Shown here in pieces: positions 1 through 8,955 of a stretch of DNA of 64,000 nt. The stretch's first letter is position 1; every line of letters begins with the position of its first letter. A program made the translations under genes and the position numbers. The stretch lies in assembly GCA_016873805.1 (NCBI GenBank), contig VGVZ01000010.1, positions 17,629 through 81,628 on the forward strand, in the 5' to 3' direction. This DNA comes from Ignavibacteria bacterium. GTDB taxonomy: Bacteria > Bacteroidota > Ignavibacteria > UBA10030. The notes beneath the pieces were generated by a model. That model ran no database searches, was not told where the DNA came from, and saw only the letters and a program-made list of their open reading frames with translations.

Positions 1-455
1 ACGCGTTTCGCTTCGTCCACGAGGTTTACATTCACAACGAGTCGATCTGTGATATCGAGGATCTGCAGAACAAGATTCAAATTGCGGGCAATACGAGTCC
101 CATCCACAACGACCACAGTCACGTCGGGTCGACCAAAGAGGATGAAATCTCTCGCGATCTCTTCATCGGTGCTGGTGGAGAGCAGACTGTACGTTCCGGG
201 GAGATCAATGACCTTGTACCGCTTCCCGTCGTAAACATAGGCCCCTTCCGCTCTGGTTACCGTTTTGCCGGGCCAGTTTCCAGTATGCTGGCGAAGCCCG
301 GTCAACTGATTGAAGATGGTGCTCTTTCCGACGTTCGGATTGCCGGCGAGTGCGACAATGTGATCGGAGCCGTCGATCTTGGCGCCAAGGTGCAACAGTT
401 TTGCATTCGGATTTGCGGGACAGATTTCACACTGTTCGATTTCCGTTCGGGTCAT
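1..455 (-). CDS. feoB: Ferrous iron transporter FeoB, N-terminal G domain (partial; continues past window start)
   Basis: Not in the ORF track because it is open at the window edge. Minus-strand translation from ATG 455-453 reads [53 protein letters not shown]...[10 protein letters not shown]...VNLVDEAKR. It carries G1 GNPNVGKS, G3 DLPG and an NxxD G4. Its start overlaps the upstream stop as ATGA (452-455). Confidence 0.9.
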   Translation of the reverse strand, partial: MTRTEIEQCEICPANPNAKLLHLGAKIDGSDHIVALAGNPNVGKSTIFNQLTGLRQHTGNWPGKTVTRAEGAYVYDGKRYKVIDLPGTYSLLSTSTDEEIARDFILFGRPDVTVVVVDGTRIARNLNLVLQILDITDRLVVNVNLVDEAKR

Positions 456-1495
456 ACGTTTCCTCCGCTCGAGATCTCCTCCACAAACACAAAATTGGCT
501 TGCTGGCGCCGCAGAGCGACGCTCGCCTCCTGGATACGGAAAGCCACCGGATCACCCCCCACGCTCTCCAATTCCGCAACGATGGTCGTCCCGGGAACAA
601 TACCGAGATCCATCAGGCGTCGTCTCTGAAGTCCCTTGCACGCCGGCGCAATTCCGACGACTCGTGCCGACTCCCCAGGCCTGAGGTCCCCCAGTGTTCG
701 ATGAAGTCGATCCTCACGGATTCTTTGCTCATGCGGGACAACACTGACATTGGCAGCGACCACCGGCGCGAGAACGATATCATTTCCTCCCGCTTCGAGG
801 ACGATTCTCTTGCTCGACTTCTCGATAGTTCTGACGAGAAGGCCGGGATAGATATTTTGCGCCACGAGCTGCGCATAGATCGACGAGGGCTCGTCCTCGA
901 CGTGGACGACGGTTGCCGATCGTCCTTCTTCGAGAGAGGCGAGCGACGTGCCGCGTGGTCCGGGGAGAGTGCCAAACGACGTGGGAATAGGATCGCCATG
1001 CGGATCGTACAGCGGATTCCCCAGGTACTTTGATAGTCGTTCTGTTTCTTCCCCCGTCATGTAGTGTTCGCGGCGCTCCGCCTCACGGTGCCAGTCAGGT
1101 TCGGAGACGTTGGTCTCATCAGCCAAATATCGCTCCCACAGGCGATGAATTCTCACGATACGCAGGGCGTATGATCGACCGGCTGCCGTCAGGCCAAGGT
1201 CGGCTTGACGTCGGACAATCAAACCAAGTGTCTCCAGCCGCGTCACCAACGCGGCCGCCTCGTCGCCGTTGATTCCGAGAGCCCCGGCGATGCTTTCCAG
1301 AGTACTGCTGAGGTTCCGATATTCGAAGTCGTAAAGGTGCTTGAGCGCATCTTCCATCAGCACGCGTTTCGCTCGAAGGAATCCCTGTTGAAACCGGGCA
1401 ATCAATCCGCTCCGCGGCCACAGCACGTATGCCGCCGCTCCCATCACGCCGATTCCGATTGACAACGCCAGAAGAGGGTCGGGCATCGTATTCAC
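452..1495 (-). CDS. Membrane-anchored DtxR-family domain fused to two FeoA (SH3-like) domains
   Basis: 347 aa. N-terminal hydrophobic helix [19 protein letters not shown]. DtxR-like core [13 protein letters not shown]...HREAERREH...DPHGDPIP. Two FeoA-like repeats ([16 protein letters not shown]...; [15 protein letters not shown]...[13 protein letters not shown]). Directly abuts the upstream gene and overlaps the feoB start. Confidence 0.8.
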   Translation of the reverse strand: MNTMPDPLLALSIGIGVMGAAAYVLWPRSGLIARFQQGFLRAKRVLMEDALKHLYDFEYRNLSSTLESIAGALGINGDEAAALVTRLETLGLIVRRQADLGLTAAGRSYALRIVRIHRLWERYLADETNVSEPDWHREAERREHYMTGEETERLSKYLGNPLYDPHGDPIPTSFGTLPGPRGTSLASLEEGRSATVVHVEDEPSSIYAQLVAQNIYPGLLVRTIEKSSKRIVLEAGGNDIVLAPVVAANVSVVPHEQRIREDRLHRTLGDLRPGESARVVGIAPACKGLQRRRLMDLGIVPGTTIVAELESVGGDPVAFRIQEASVALRRQQANFVFVEEISSGGNV

Positions 1496-2149
1496 TCACG
1501 TGTGTTCGATATAGATTTGCGATGCCAGTTTGCGGCTCAAGTATTGTTCCTTGCCATCGACGGCGATTGTCATCGATCCGTCGAATGCCAACCGGTCGCG
1601 CACCACGATTTGTTTCTTGAGTTTGATCCCGAGCCGGGAGAGATGCTGGAGAACCTCGGAATCCGTATCGCTGACTCTGGCCACGACCGCTTTTGTTCCC
1701 GGCCGGCAATCGGCGAGAAGGGAATATTCCGGCTGATCGATGCTCCCCGCCGCCGTCGGGATGACGTCGCCGTGCGGATCGACCTTCGGGTATCCGAGAA
1801 AAGCATCGAGCCGCTCCTCGAGCCTGTCCGAGGTAATGTGCTCAAGTCGCTCCGCCTCTTCGTCGATTTCATCCCAACGATACTTGAGGACTTCGACGAG
1901 AAACAGTTCCCAGAGTCTGTGACGTCTCACGATACGCAGAGCCTTCTTTCTGCCCCGTGCCGTCAACTGCACCCCCTTGTATGGTGTGTACCCGACAACA
2001 CCTGCGTCCGAAAGCTTCTTGATCATCTCGGTCACCGAGGGGGATGAAACCCGCAGTTGTTCGGAGAGCAATGAGGTCGTGACCCGTCGCTCGTGCTCGG
2101 CAAGCTTGTAGATTGCCTTCAGATAGTTCTCAACTTGTTCGCTCGGCAT
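1496..2149 (-). CDS. DtxR/MntR-family metal-dependent transcriptional repressor with C-terminal FeoA/SH3-like domain
   Basis: 217 aa. N-terminus ENYLKAIYKL...TTSLLSEQLRVSSPSVTEMIKKL (wHTH). Metal-site block RRHRLWELFL...DEEAERLEHI, where Glu replaces the DtxR Cys102 equivalent (MntR-like). Also DPHGDVIP. Confidence 0.85.
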   Translation of the reverse strand: MPSEQVENYLKAIYKLAEHERRVTTSLLSEQLRVSSPSVTEMIKKLSDAGVVGYTPYKGVQLTARGRKKALRIVRRHRLWELFLVEVLKYRWDEIDEEAERLEHITSDRLEERLDAFLGYPKVDPHGDVIPTAAGSIDQPEYSLLADCRPGTKAVVARVSDTDSEVLQHLSRLGIKLKKQIVVRDRLAFDGSMTIAVDGKEQYLSRKLASQIYIEHT

Positions 2150-2188
2150 GTGCTCACGACGGTGATCGTTCTGGCAGCCCTTATTTCC

Positions 2189-2208
2189 TATTTAGGTATG
2201 CCTAAATA
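2189..2208. promoter_or_regulatory. Candidate DtxR/IdeR-type operator: perfect 8-bp inverted repeat with a 4-bp spacer
   Basis: TATTTAGG-TATG-CCTAAATA. The TTAGG/CCTAA half-sites resemble the iron-box consensus TWAGGTWAGSCTWACCTWA. It lies 40-60 bp upstream of the first DtxR-family gene and overlaps the predicted -10. Confidence 0.55.
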
Positions 2209-2233
2209 TATGTCCCGCGTCCGTTAGAGTCAA
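2205..2233 (-). promoter_or_regulatory. Sigma70-like promoter of the dtxR-feo operon
   Basis: The minus strand reads TTGACT-17 nt-TATATT. The -10 hexamer overlaps the left arm of the palindrome at 2189-2208. Confidence 0.5.
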
Positions 2234-2342
2234 GCGGTTTTTCGGTCAAGCCGAAGCGATCATCGAGACAGCTCACGACGCCGCTTGAGAATATTCCAAC
2301 TTTCCCATACCATGAACTTTGTGATTACGAATCGGATGCGGA

Positions 2343-3446
2343 ATGGATAAGATTCTTCTTATTGACGACGACGCAGCCCTGCGGGACGTCATTGCCCAAC
2401 TTCTTGAATCTCACGGATTTGCAGTTGTCCAAGCAGACAATGGAGCCTCTGGAGTTGAGCTTGCGCGAACGCAGACGCCACGATTGATCATCTGTGACGT
2501 TGCCATGCCCGCGTACGACGGATACTGGACAATCTCCGAGCTCCGGAAGGACCCCCTGACCTCCTCTATTCCATTCATCTTTCTGACGGGGCAGGAAGAA
2601 CGGGCGAAGATGCGACAAGGGATGGATTTGGGGGCGGACGACTACATCACGAAACCTGTCACATCCAGGGAACTCCTTGCGGCGATCGAGTCACGTCTTC
2701 AGAAGCACGATGCGACGCGGAAGGAGGCCGAGAAGAAACTCGAAGACCTTCGAATGAGCGTTACCCTCTCCCTCCCCCATGAAATCCGGACGCCTCTCTT
2801 TGGGATTCTGGGATTCACGGAAATCCTCCGAACCGATCCAGAGGCTCTTACGCCCGGAGAAATCCGGGAGATGGGTCAAAACATCCATCTCTCTGCGACG
2901 CGCCTGCACCACGTGCTGGAGAACTTCCTCGTCTATGCCCAGCTGGAACTGATCGCCTCCGATCCTGCAAGACAGGAAACAATGAGATCGCTTCACACGA
3001 CCGAATGCCTTGACCTCATCGGGCGGGTGGCAACCAAGGTCGCTCAACGGCACGACCGGATTGCAGATCTCGCCGTCGAGGGGAACGATGTTCCCGTCGC
3101 CATCTCTGCAGAGTACCTCACAAAGATCTGTTCCGAGACGATCGACAATGCATTCAAGTTTTCCGAGCCGGGATCGCCGGTAAAGGTTTCGATCGGTCAC
3201 GTGGGGAATCAATGCAGGATTTCTGTCGAAGACGAGGGAGTTGGGATGAGCAATGAGCAGATCGCGAGCATCGGTGCGTATATGCAGTTCGAACGAAAGA
3301 TTCGCGAACAGCAGGGGGCTGGACTCGGCCTGGCGCTTGCGAGGCGCCTGGTTCAGTTGCACGGAGGAACGGTTTCCCTTGAAAGCGAGCCGGGAAAATT
3401 CACGCGAATCGCCATCGACCTTCCCCTTGGAAAAACATCTTCCTAG
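2343..3446 (+). CDS. Hybrid sensor: N-terminal receiver (REC) plus HisKA plus HATPase_c histidine kinase
   Basis: 367 aa. REC motifs ILLIDDD...IICDVAMP...ADDYITKP. H-box SLPHEIRTPL. G-boxes VEDEGVGM...GAGLGLALA. Confidence 0.85.
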   Translation: MDKILLIDDDAALRDVIAQLLESHGFAVVQADNGASGVELARTQTPRLIICDVAMPAYDGYWTISELRKDPLTSSIPFIFLTGQEERAKMRQGMDLGADDYITKPVTSRELLAAIESRLQKHDATRKEAEKKLEDLRMSVTLSLPHEIRTPLFGILGFTEILRTDPEALTPGEIREMGQNIHLSATRLHHVLENFLVYAQLELIASDPARQETMRSLHTTECLDLIGRVATKVAQRHDRIADLAVEGNDVPVAISAEYLTKICSETIDNAFKFSEPGSPVKVSIGHVGNQCRISVEDEGVGMSNEQIASIGAYMQFERKIREQQGAGLGLALARRLVQLHGGTVSLESEPGKFTRIAIDLPLGKTSS

Positions 3447-3518
3447 CTCTTGATCAAGCGGCCGCGTGACAGACCGTCACAGCGGAGGCGTGACCGGATC
3501 AGGACGATCGTTGCAAGA

Positions 3519-4757
3519 CTATTCCGCTTTTCGCAAGCACAACGACGTATTTGTCCCGCCAAATCCAAATCCATTGGAGAGCGCCAATCGGATGTCGCGG
3601 CGGCGCGCGATATTCGGGACGTAATCAAGATCACATTGTGGATCTTGCTTGTCGAGGTTGATTGTCGGAGGGAGCACGCCGTCCTTGAGCGCCAGAATGG
3701 TGAAGGCTGCTTCCAGCGAAGACGCGGCGCCAAGGAGATGTCCGGTCATCGACTTCGTGGAACTGACGGCAAGCCGATCGGCATGAGGACCGAACACTGC
3801 TCGAATCGCTTGTGTTTCCGCGATATCGCCGATGGTGGTCGATGTGCCATGGGCGTTGATGTAATCAATTTCCTCGGGACGCACACCGGACCATTCCAGC
3901 GCAAGCTTCATGGTGCGTGCCGCTCCTTCTCCGTTCTCGGCCGGCGCGGTGATATGATACGCATCGGCACTCATCCCACACCCGAGAATTTCAGCATAGA
4001 GAGATGCCCCCCGTGATTTCGCGTGTTCGTACTCCTCAATGACAAACACGCCTGCGCCTTCCCCCATCACGAAGCCGTCCCGGTCGATATCAAACGGGCG
4101 CGACGCTCTTTGCGGTTCGTCGTTTCGCTTGGAGAGGGCCCGGGCGGCCGAGAAACCGGCAAATCCCAGCGGATTGATCGCCGCTTCGGAGCTCCCAACA
4201 ATCATCACATCCGCTTCGTTGCGGCGGATGGCGTGAAAACCGTCGGCAATCGCATGGTTGCCGGTCGCGCACGCCGACACCACACTGTAGTTCGGTCCTT
4301 TTGCCCCGAACCGAATCGCGGCATATCCTGAACATGTGTTGATGATCGCACCCGGCACGAAGAACGGAGAGACTCTGCGGGGACCCTCGGTAGCGACCAG
4401 GACACTTGTGTCATAAATATTCTTCAATCCCCCGATCCCCGATCCGATGATGATTCCAACCCTCTCCGCGTTCGTCCGTGTGATCTTCAATCGAGAATCT
4501 TCGAATGCATCCATCGCCGCGGCGAACGAATACTGCACCGCGACGTCGTATCTGTTGATCTCCTTGGCATCGAAATACTTTAATCCATCAAAATCCTTCA
4601 CCTCCGCGGCGATCTTCGTGGCATAGGGCTCCATATTCATCTTCGTCACCCGAGCGACGCCGGACCTCCCGGCTCTGCAATTCTCCCACGACGTCTTCAA
4701 GCTGAGTCCCAGCGGAGAGATCAATCCCATTCCTGTCACCATCACTCTACGCATCAT
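3519..4757 (-). CDS. fabF: Beta-ketoacyl-ACP synthase II
   Basis: 412 aa. RRVMVTGMGLISPLG. Active-site Cys in VVSACATGNHAI; His residues in INAHGTSTT and KSMTGHLLGAAS; C-terminal NGFGFGGTN. Start overlaps the upstream stop as ATGA. Confidence 0.92.
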   Translation of the reverse strand: MMRRVMVTGMGLISPLGLSLKTSWENCRAGRSGVARVTKMNMEPYATKIAAEVKDFDGLKYFDAKEINRYDVAVQYSFAAAMDAFEDSRLKITRTNAERVGIIIGSGIGGLKNIYDTSVLVATEGPRRVSPFFVPGAIINTCSGYAAIRFGAKGPNYSVVSACATGNHAIADGFHAIRRNEADVMIVGSSEAAINPLGFAGFSAARALSKRNDEPQRASRPFDIDRDGFVMGEGAGVFVIEEYEHAKSRGASLYAEILGCGMSADAYHITAPAENGEGAARTMKLALEWSGVRPEEIDYINAHGTSTTIGDIAETQAIRAVFGPHADRLAVSSTKSMTGHLLGAASSLEAAFTILALKDGVLPPTINLDKQDPQCDLDYVPNIARRRDIRLALSNGFGFGGTNTSLCLRKAE

Positions 4758-5476
4758 TTCTCCTTATTCTTCGTCGAGAAGATATCATCAGAAAGACCCA
4801 CGTTGATCCGATAGCGTGAATAGACAATTGTGATGGATCCCGAGCGAAGAGGGCCCCGCATTTCGTTGTAGCGAGGCGACACTTCCTGCGCGAGCTCCGG
4901 GAGGGGCGCCGTCGTATCCGGCTCTGCCGTGGAAAAGGATGCAACCAATCGGGTCGGCATCCAGAAGTCTCCTTTCTGGCGTTCGTGGACAAAATCAAAC
5001 ATCACCACGCGACCCGGGAATGGAGCCATCTCCATTTTCACAATCGTCCAGTTTGAGGGATCGACAAAGACGTACATCTGACGAACCCTTGCCGAGACTT
5101 CCTTCGCAGCAAGCTGCAACTTATGCACCCTGACGGATGCGATCGACTCTTCGCCGGCGAGCACGACATCATAGCGCTCCCTCAGGAGGCGCGGATTGAG
5201 AAATACTCCATCACGAGGAATCATTGCGAACTCAGGCGCATCGAAATGAAGCTTGTCTGCCTGTTTAAAGTACATGGTCGCCTTCATACGCGGCATGCGC
5301 AACCGGTCCATGTTGACATCAACTTCCAAGTCCACAATGAAGTCGTTGATCGCAGTGAAGTTTTGTTCAACCTTCTGGAGGATCTCCAGACCTCGGAGCT
5401 CTTGAGCCGGGGCAGTCCCCACACACAGCAGGGCACCGAACAGGACAAGGATGGTTTGACGGGAGCGTATTTTCAC
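4754..5476 (-). CDS. LolA-like / outer-membrane lipoprotein-sorting family protein (secreted)
   Basis: The track ORF is trimmed to the GTG at 5476, which overlaps the symporter stop as GTGA. Signal peptide KIRSRQTILVLFGALLCVGTAPAQ. The rest is beta-rich and reads like LolA-fold sorting proteins. Family assignment is by pattern only. Confidence 0.55.
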   Translation of the reverse strand: MKIRSRQTILVLFGALLCVGTAPAQELRGLEILQKVEQNFTAINDFIVDLEVDVNMDRLRMPRMKATMYFKQADKLHFDAPEFAMIPRDGVFLNPRLLRERYDVVLAGEESIASVRVHKLQLAAKEVSARVRQMYVFVDPSNWTIVKMEMAPFPGRVVMFDFVHERQKGDFWMPTRLVASFSTAEPDTTAPLPELAQEVSPRYNEMRGPLRSGSITIVYSRYRINVGLSDDIFSTKNKEK

Positions 5477-6930
5477 GGCTTCATGTTCTCGATGAATGGT
5501 TTCCACTTCTCCGGCGGTGAAGGGGCAGTCAGGAGACTCACGACGACAAGCAGCACGATCGAGGCGGCTGCTGCTGGAAGAATGATATACTCTGTTTGAA
5601 GCACGGGTGAAGGAAGAACGAGATTGAGAACGGTAATGATCAGGGTCACACTCATCCCGCCCACGATCGAGGCAACACCTCCCGGGATGGTCACCCGCTT
5701 CCAAAGAAATGCGGCCAGAAGTGCCGGAGTGATCCCCGCCCCGACCATCGTGTAGGCGGTGAATGCCATGTCAAGGATACTCTGGAAGAAACTTGCAACG
5801 ACGAATGCCACCACACCCAGGATAATGATCCAGATCCGCTGGAACCGGACGATCGCCTCCGGTGAGACATCCGGATTGATGAATCGTTGATAGATGTCTC
5901 TGCTGATATTGGTTGAAGGGATGATGAGAAACGTATTCGCCGTCGAAAGGATGATTGCCACGGCGGCGCAAAGGAGGAGAATGCCGGCAACCATGGGGAC
6001 ATCGAACCGGGCAATATGGAGGATGATTGTTTCGGTGACCGCTTTGTTCAGTGCTCCATCAGCTCCTGCGAAAGGAGCGAGCGTAAAATACTTGCTGCTT
6101 CCGAAGATCGCCAGCGTCGCGATCGCACTCTCGAGAAGTACAACGCCGATGATCATGCCGATGACGGCTCGGCGTGCCGTGACCTCGTCGCGCGCGGCAA
6201 AGAATTTTTGGTACATGCTCCCCTCGCCAAGGAGGAGAAAGAATGTGGGAAAGAAGACGCCGAGGGCCCACACGGCATCGTGCCGGCCAAAGAGCGCAAA
6301 ATGATCGGCCGGGAGAACAGCGAGCTGTTCGGTCCCGCCGCCGGCGGCGAAGACGATTCCCAGCGCGATGAAGACACCGACAATCATCACAATTCCATTG
6401 AACAGGTCGATCGTAATGACGGAGACCATCCCTGCCACAACCGTAAAGAGAATAACGACGCCACACACGATCACCCCTCCGGTGACCGGATCGATACCCG
6501 TGAGAATGTTGAGCAGTCGTCCGCCGCCGCGGAACTGATACCCGACGATTGTGAGATAGGCAATCATGATGGTGATACTGCCGAACAAGCGGGCGGCGGC
6601 GTTGTACCGTTTCTCAAGAATATCCGAGAGGGTGTACTGCGCGATGCGCCGGACCCGATGCGCGAGGAAATACACGATCACGATACCCGCCCAGGCGCCT
6701 GCGCTCATCCAGAGAGCGGAAAATCCCTCACGAAATCCAAGCCCGGCGCTTCCAAAGAGACTTCCCGATCCGATCCAGGTACACACAAGCGTGCCGGCAA
6801 GGAAGATCGCCGACGTCTTACGGCCTGCGACCATGAAGTCGTCCTGCGTTTTGACAAAACGGCTTTTGTAGATTCCGATGCCGATGAGAAACAGCACATA
6901 GACGACGATTCCAATCACATACCAATCCAT
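5473..6930 (-). CDS. Sodium:solute symporter (SSS) family transporter
   Basis: 485 aa and polytopic. N-terminal pattern YKSRFVKTQDDFMVAGRKTSAIFLAGTLVCTWIGSGSLFG is typical of the PutP/PanF/SglT family. Confidence 0.85.
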   Translation of the reverse strand: MDWYVIGIVVYVLFLIGIGIYKSRFVKTQDDFMVAGRKTSAIFLAGTLVCTWIGSGSLFGSAGLGFREGFSALWMSAGAWAGIVIVYFLAHRVRRIAQYTLSDILEKRYNAAARLFGSITIMIAYLTIVGYQFRGGGRLLNILTGIDPVTGGVIVCGVVILFTVVAGMVSVITIDLFNGIVMIVGVFIALGIVFAAGGGTEQLAVLPADHFALFGRHDAVWALGVFFPTFFLLLGEGSMYQKFFAARDEVTARRAVIGMIIGVVLLESAIATLAIFGSSKYFTLAPFAGADGALNKAVTETIILHIARFDVPMVAGILLLCAAVAIILSTANTFLIIPSTNISRDIYQRFINPDVSPEAIVRFQRIWIIILGVVAFVVASFFQSILDMAFTAYTMVGAGITPALLAAFLWKRVTIPGGVASIVGGMSVTLIITVLNLVLPSPVLQTEYIILPAAAASIVLLVVVSLLTAPSPPEKWKPFIENMKP

Positions 6931-6969
6931 ATTTTTCCCTCTCGATGATGAAACGGCGCAAACGGAAAA

Positions 6970-7806
6970 CTATGAAAGAATATCCTTACGCGTGAAGATC
7001 CACCATGACGCTCCGACCGCAGCGGCAGAATATGAACCCAGCACGGCGATCCCGCGTCCGATTTCATCCCAGGCAATGGGATCCCGGAACGCATGCTGCC
7101 AAAGATTCATATGTTGAGCGAAGAGGTACGGTCGAATCGGTTCAAATGCTTCGACGGGCAGGACCACCAGGATCAGGAACACGACGAGCAAGCCCATCGT
7201 CGCCACAATCGGTCCGATGGCGTTCTCCACGAACGACGAAAAGAAAAATGCAATGGATGCGATCGTAACGATGGACCAGGTGGCAAAAATATACGCAGCA
7301 CAGAATCTGTACGCAACATCGGCTGCCGGAAGAATGAGAATGCCCCTGTCGAACACAAGAAGGTTTCCCTTCCCGAGCAGGATGAGCGCGAGCCCGATGC
7401 TGAGGATTGCGAGAAAGAGAACGAACACAATGGAATAGATCAATGTGACGATGTACTTCGAAAAGAAGATCTTTGTTCGCGTGACAGGCCGCGTCAGAAT
7501 CAGACGATACGTTCCCGAGGTCGCTTCTCCGGCGAGTTGATCGCCGGCGACAAAGGTAATCAGGAGGGGAATATGGACCCAGAGACTCTGCATCATCCAG
7601 TATGAAACGTACCATCCATTGAAGAGACTGCCGACAAAGATAAAATCCTGTCGCAGTGTCCGCGTGGCCGCCTGAATGAACCTTCCCCCTTCCACCTTCA
7701 TTGCGACCTCAACGATGGGTACGATGACTCCAACAATGAGGAACCCAAGATAGGTTCTTTTCTTCAAGAACGTTTTCACCGCCTCATAGAAGACCAGTCG
7801 GAACAT
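6970..7806 (-). CDS. ABC-2 type transporter permease
   Basis: 278 aa with about six hydrophobic segments. Lies 12 nt downstream of the ABC ATPase. Confidence 0.7.
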   Translation of the reverse strand: MFRLVFYEAVKTFLKKRTYLGFLIVGVIVPIVEVAMKVEGGRFIQAATRTLRQDFIFVGSLFNGWYVSYWMMQSLWVHIPLLITFVAGDQLAGEATSGTYRLILTRPVTRTKIFFSKYIVTLIYSIVFVLFLAILSIGLALILLGKGNLLVFDRGILILPAADVAYRFCAAYIFATWSIVTIASIAFFFSSFVENAIGPIVATMGLLVVFLILVVLPVEAFEPIRPYLFAQHMNLWQHAFRDPIAWDEIGRGIAVLGSYSAAAVGASWWIFTRKDILS

Positions 7807-7818
7807 AGCGATCTCGGG

Positions 7819-8781
7819 TTATTGTCGTTGAGTCTTGCCGGAGACCCGTGCGTTCGGTCCATCCGAAAGACTCTGTTCGGTCAGCGCCAGAAAGTAATCT
7901 TCAAGTGATCGTCGCGGCACAATCGCATGAACGGCGACCCCGCTCCGCACGAGCGACCGATTCACGGCAGGGATGTCGTCAAACGACATCACCACCTTGA
8001 GTGATTCTCCGGCTTCACTCATCGAATGAACGAATCTCGTGAGCCGTCTGAGAATCGCACGCGCTTTTCGGAGGGGTTCCGCACGAATCATCACATATTG
8101 CTCTCCTTCCTCCAGAAGTCTTGAGACCTCCCCCTGGACGACGAGCTCGCCGCGGTTGATGATCGCCATTCGGTTGGCAACCAGTTCGATTTCGGAGAGG
8201 AGATGGGATGAGAGGAAGATGGTTTTTCGCTGGTCGCGGGCCAGGTGAATGATGAGGTCTCTGACTTCCTTCATCCCCTGCGGATCCAGTCCGCTGGTGG
8301 GTTCGTCGAGGATGACAAGTTCAGGATCCGAGAGCAACGCCTGGGCAATGCCAAGCCGCTGTTTCATCCCATGGGAATAGGTCTTGACCCGATCGAAGGC
8401 CCGATCTTTCAGTCCGACGAGCTCGAGGACCTCCATCATCCGTCGGCGGTCCACGCCGCCATAGAGCGCACCAACAATTTCAAGATTTCGGACGGCAGAG
8501 AGATAGAGATAGAAATCGGGTTTCTCGACGATCCCGCCGACGCGGCGGAGAGCGCGGTGCTGACTCATCGTAAGGGGCTCGTCGAAAAGCCTGATGTCTC
8601 CTGATGTCGGCCGGATCAGCGAGAGCAGCATTCGGATCGTCGTGCTCTTGCCTGCACCGTTGGGGCCGAGAAAACCGAAGACATCGCCTTGCAGGATTTC
8701 AAGATTGAGATCGCGCACAGCCCATCGTTGCTTGAACCTTTTACTGAGGCGCTGCGTCTGGAGTACAATCTCAGGGGGCAT
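7819..8781 (-). CDS. ABC transporter ATP-binding protein
   Basis: Walker A GPNGAGKST, signature-like YSHGMKQRLGIA, Walker B LVILDEPTSGLD. I used the ATG at 8781 (MPPEIVLQ...). The track ORF extends to a TTG at 8814. Confidence 0.9.
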   Translation of the reverse strand: MPPEIVLQTQRLSKRFKQRWAVRDLNLEILQGDVFGFLGPNGAGKSTTIRMLLSLIRPTSGDIRLFDEPLTMSQHRALRRVGGIVEKPDFYLYLSAVRNLEIVGALYGGVDRRRMMEVLELVGLKDRAFDRVKTYSHGMKQRLGIAQALLSDPELVILDEPTSGLDPQGMKEVRDLIIHLARDQRKTIFLSSHLLSEIELVANRMAIINRGELVVQGEVSRLLEEGEQYVMIRAEPLRKARAILRRLTRFVHSMSEAGESLKVVMSFDDIPAVNRSLVRSGVAVHAIVPRRSLEDYFLALTEQSLSDGPNARVSGKTQRQ

Positions 8782-8840
8782 TTTGCTCACAAGTGGGAGA
8801 CGGGTGTCGAGCAACCAAGGGTTGGATCTCTTTGACTCGA

Positions 8841-8869
8841 ATCATACTGAATGGTGATTAGATTATCAA
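8841..8869 (-). promoter_or_regulatory. Sigma70-like promoter upstream of the ABC/SSS/LolA-like/fabF operon
   Basis: The minus strand reads TTGATA-17 nt-TATGAT. It lies directly downstream of the terminator at 8892-8922. Confidence 0.4.
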
Positions 8870-8891
8870 CATTTGTTTCTCGACACAAGCG

Positions 8892-8922
8892 CAAAAAAAA
8901 AGCCCTCTCGAACGAGAGGGCT
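8892..8922 (-). terminator. Rho-independent terminator after the FecR-like gene
   Basis: The minus strand reads AGCCCTCTCGTTCGAGAGGGCT followed by a T9 run, about 35 nt after the stop at 8956. Confidence 0.7.
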
Positions 8923-8955
8923 GATGCAACAGTCACCTTCACTCTATGCGCGGAT

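Noticed and set aside
350-1033. 227-aa and other plus-strand ORFs across the feoB/DtxR-FeoA region
   Set aside because: They are antisense to genes with clear FeoB G-domain and DtxR/FeoA motifs, and have no motif of their own.
6016-6948. 310-aa ORF antisense to the Na+/solute symporter
   Set aside because: Highly charged Asp/Glu/Arg-rich translation mirroring the hydrophobic sense frame. No start context.
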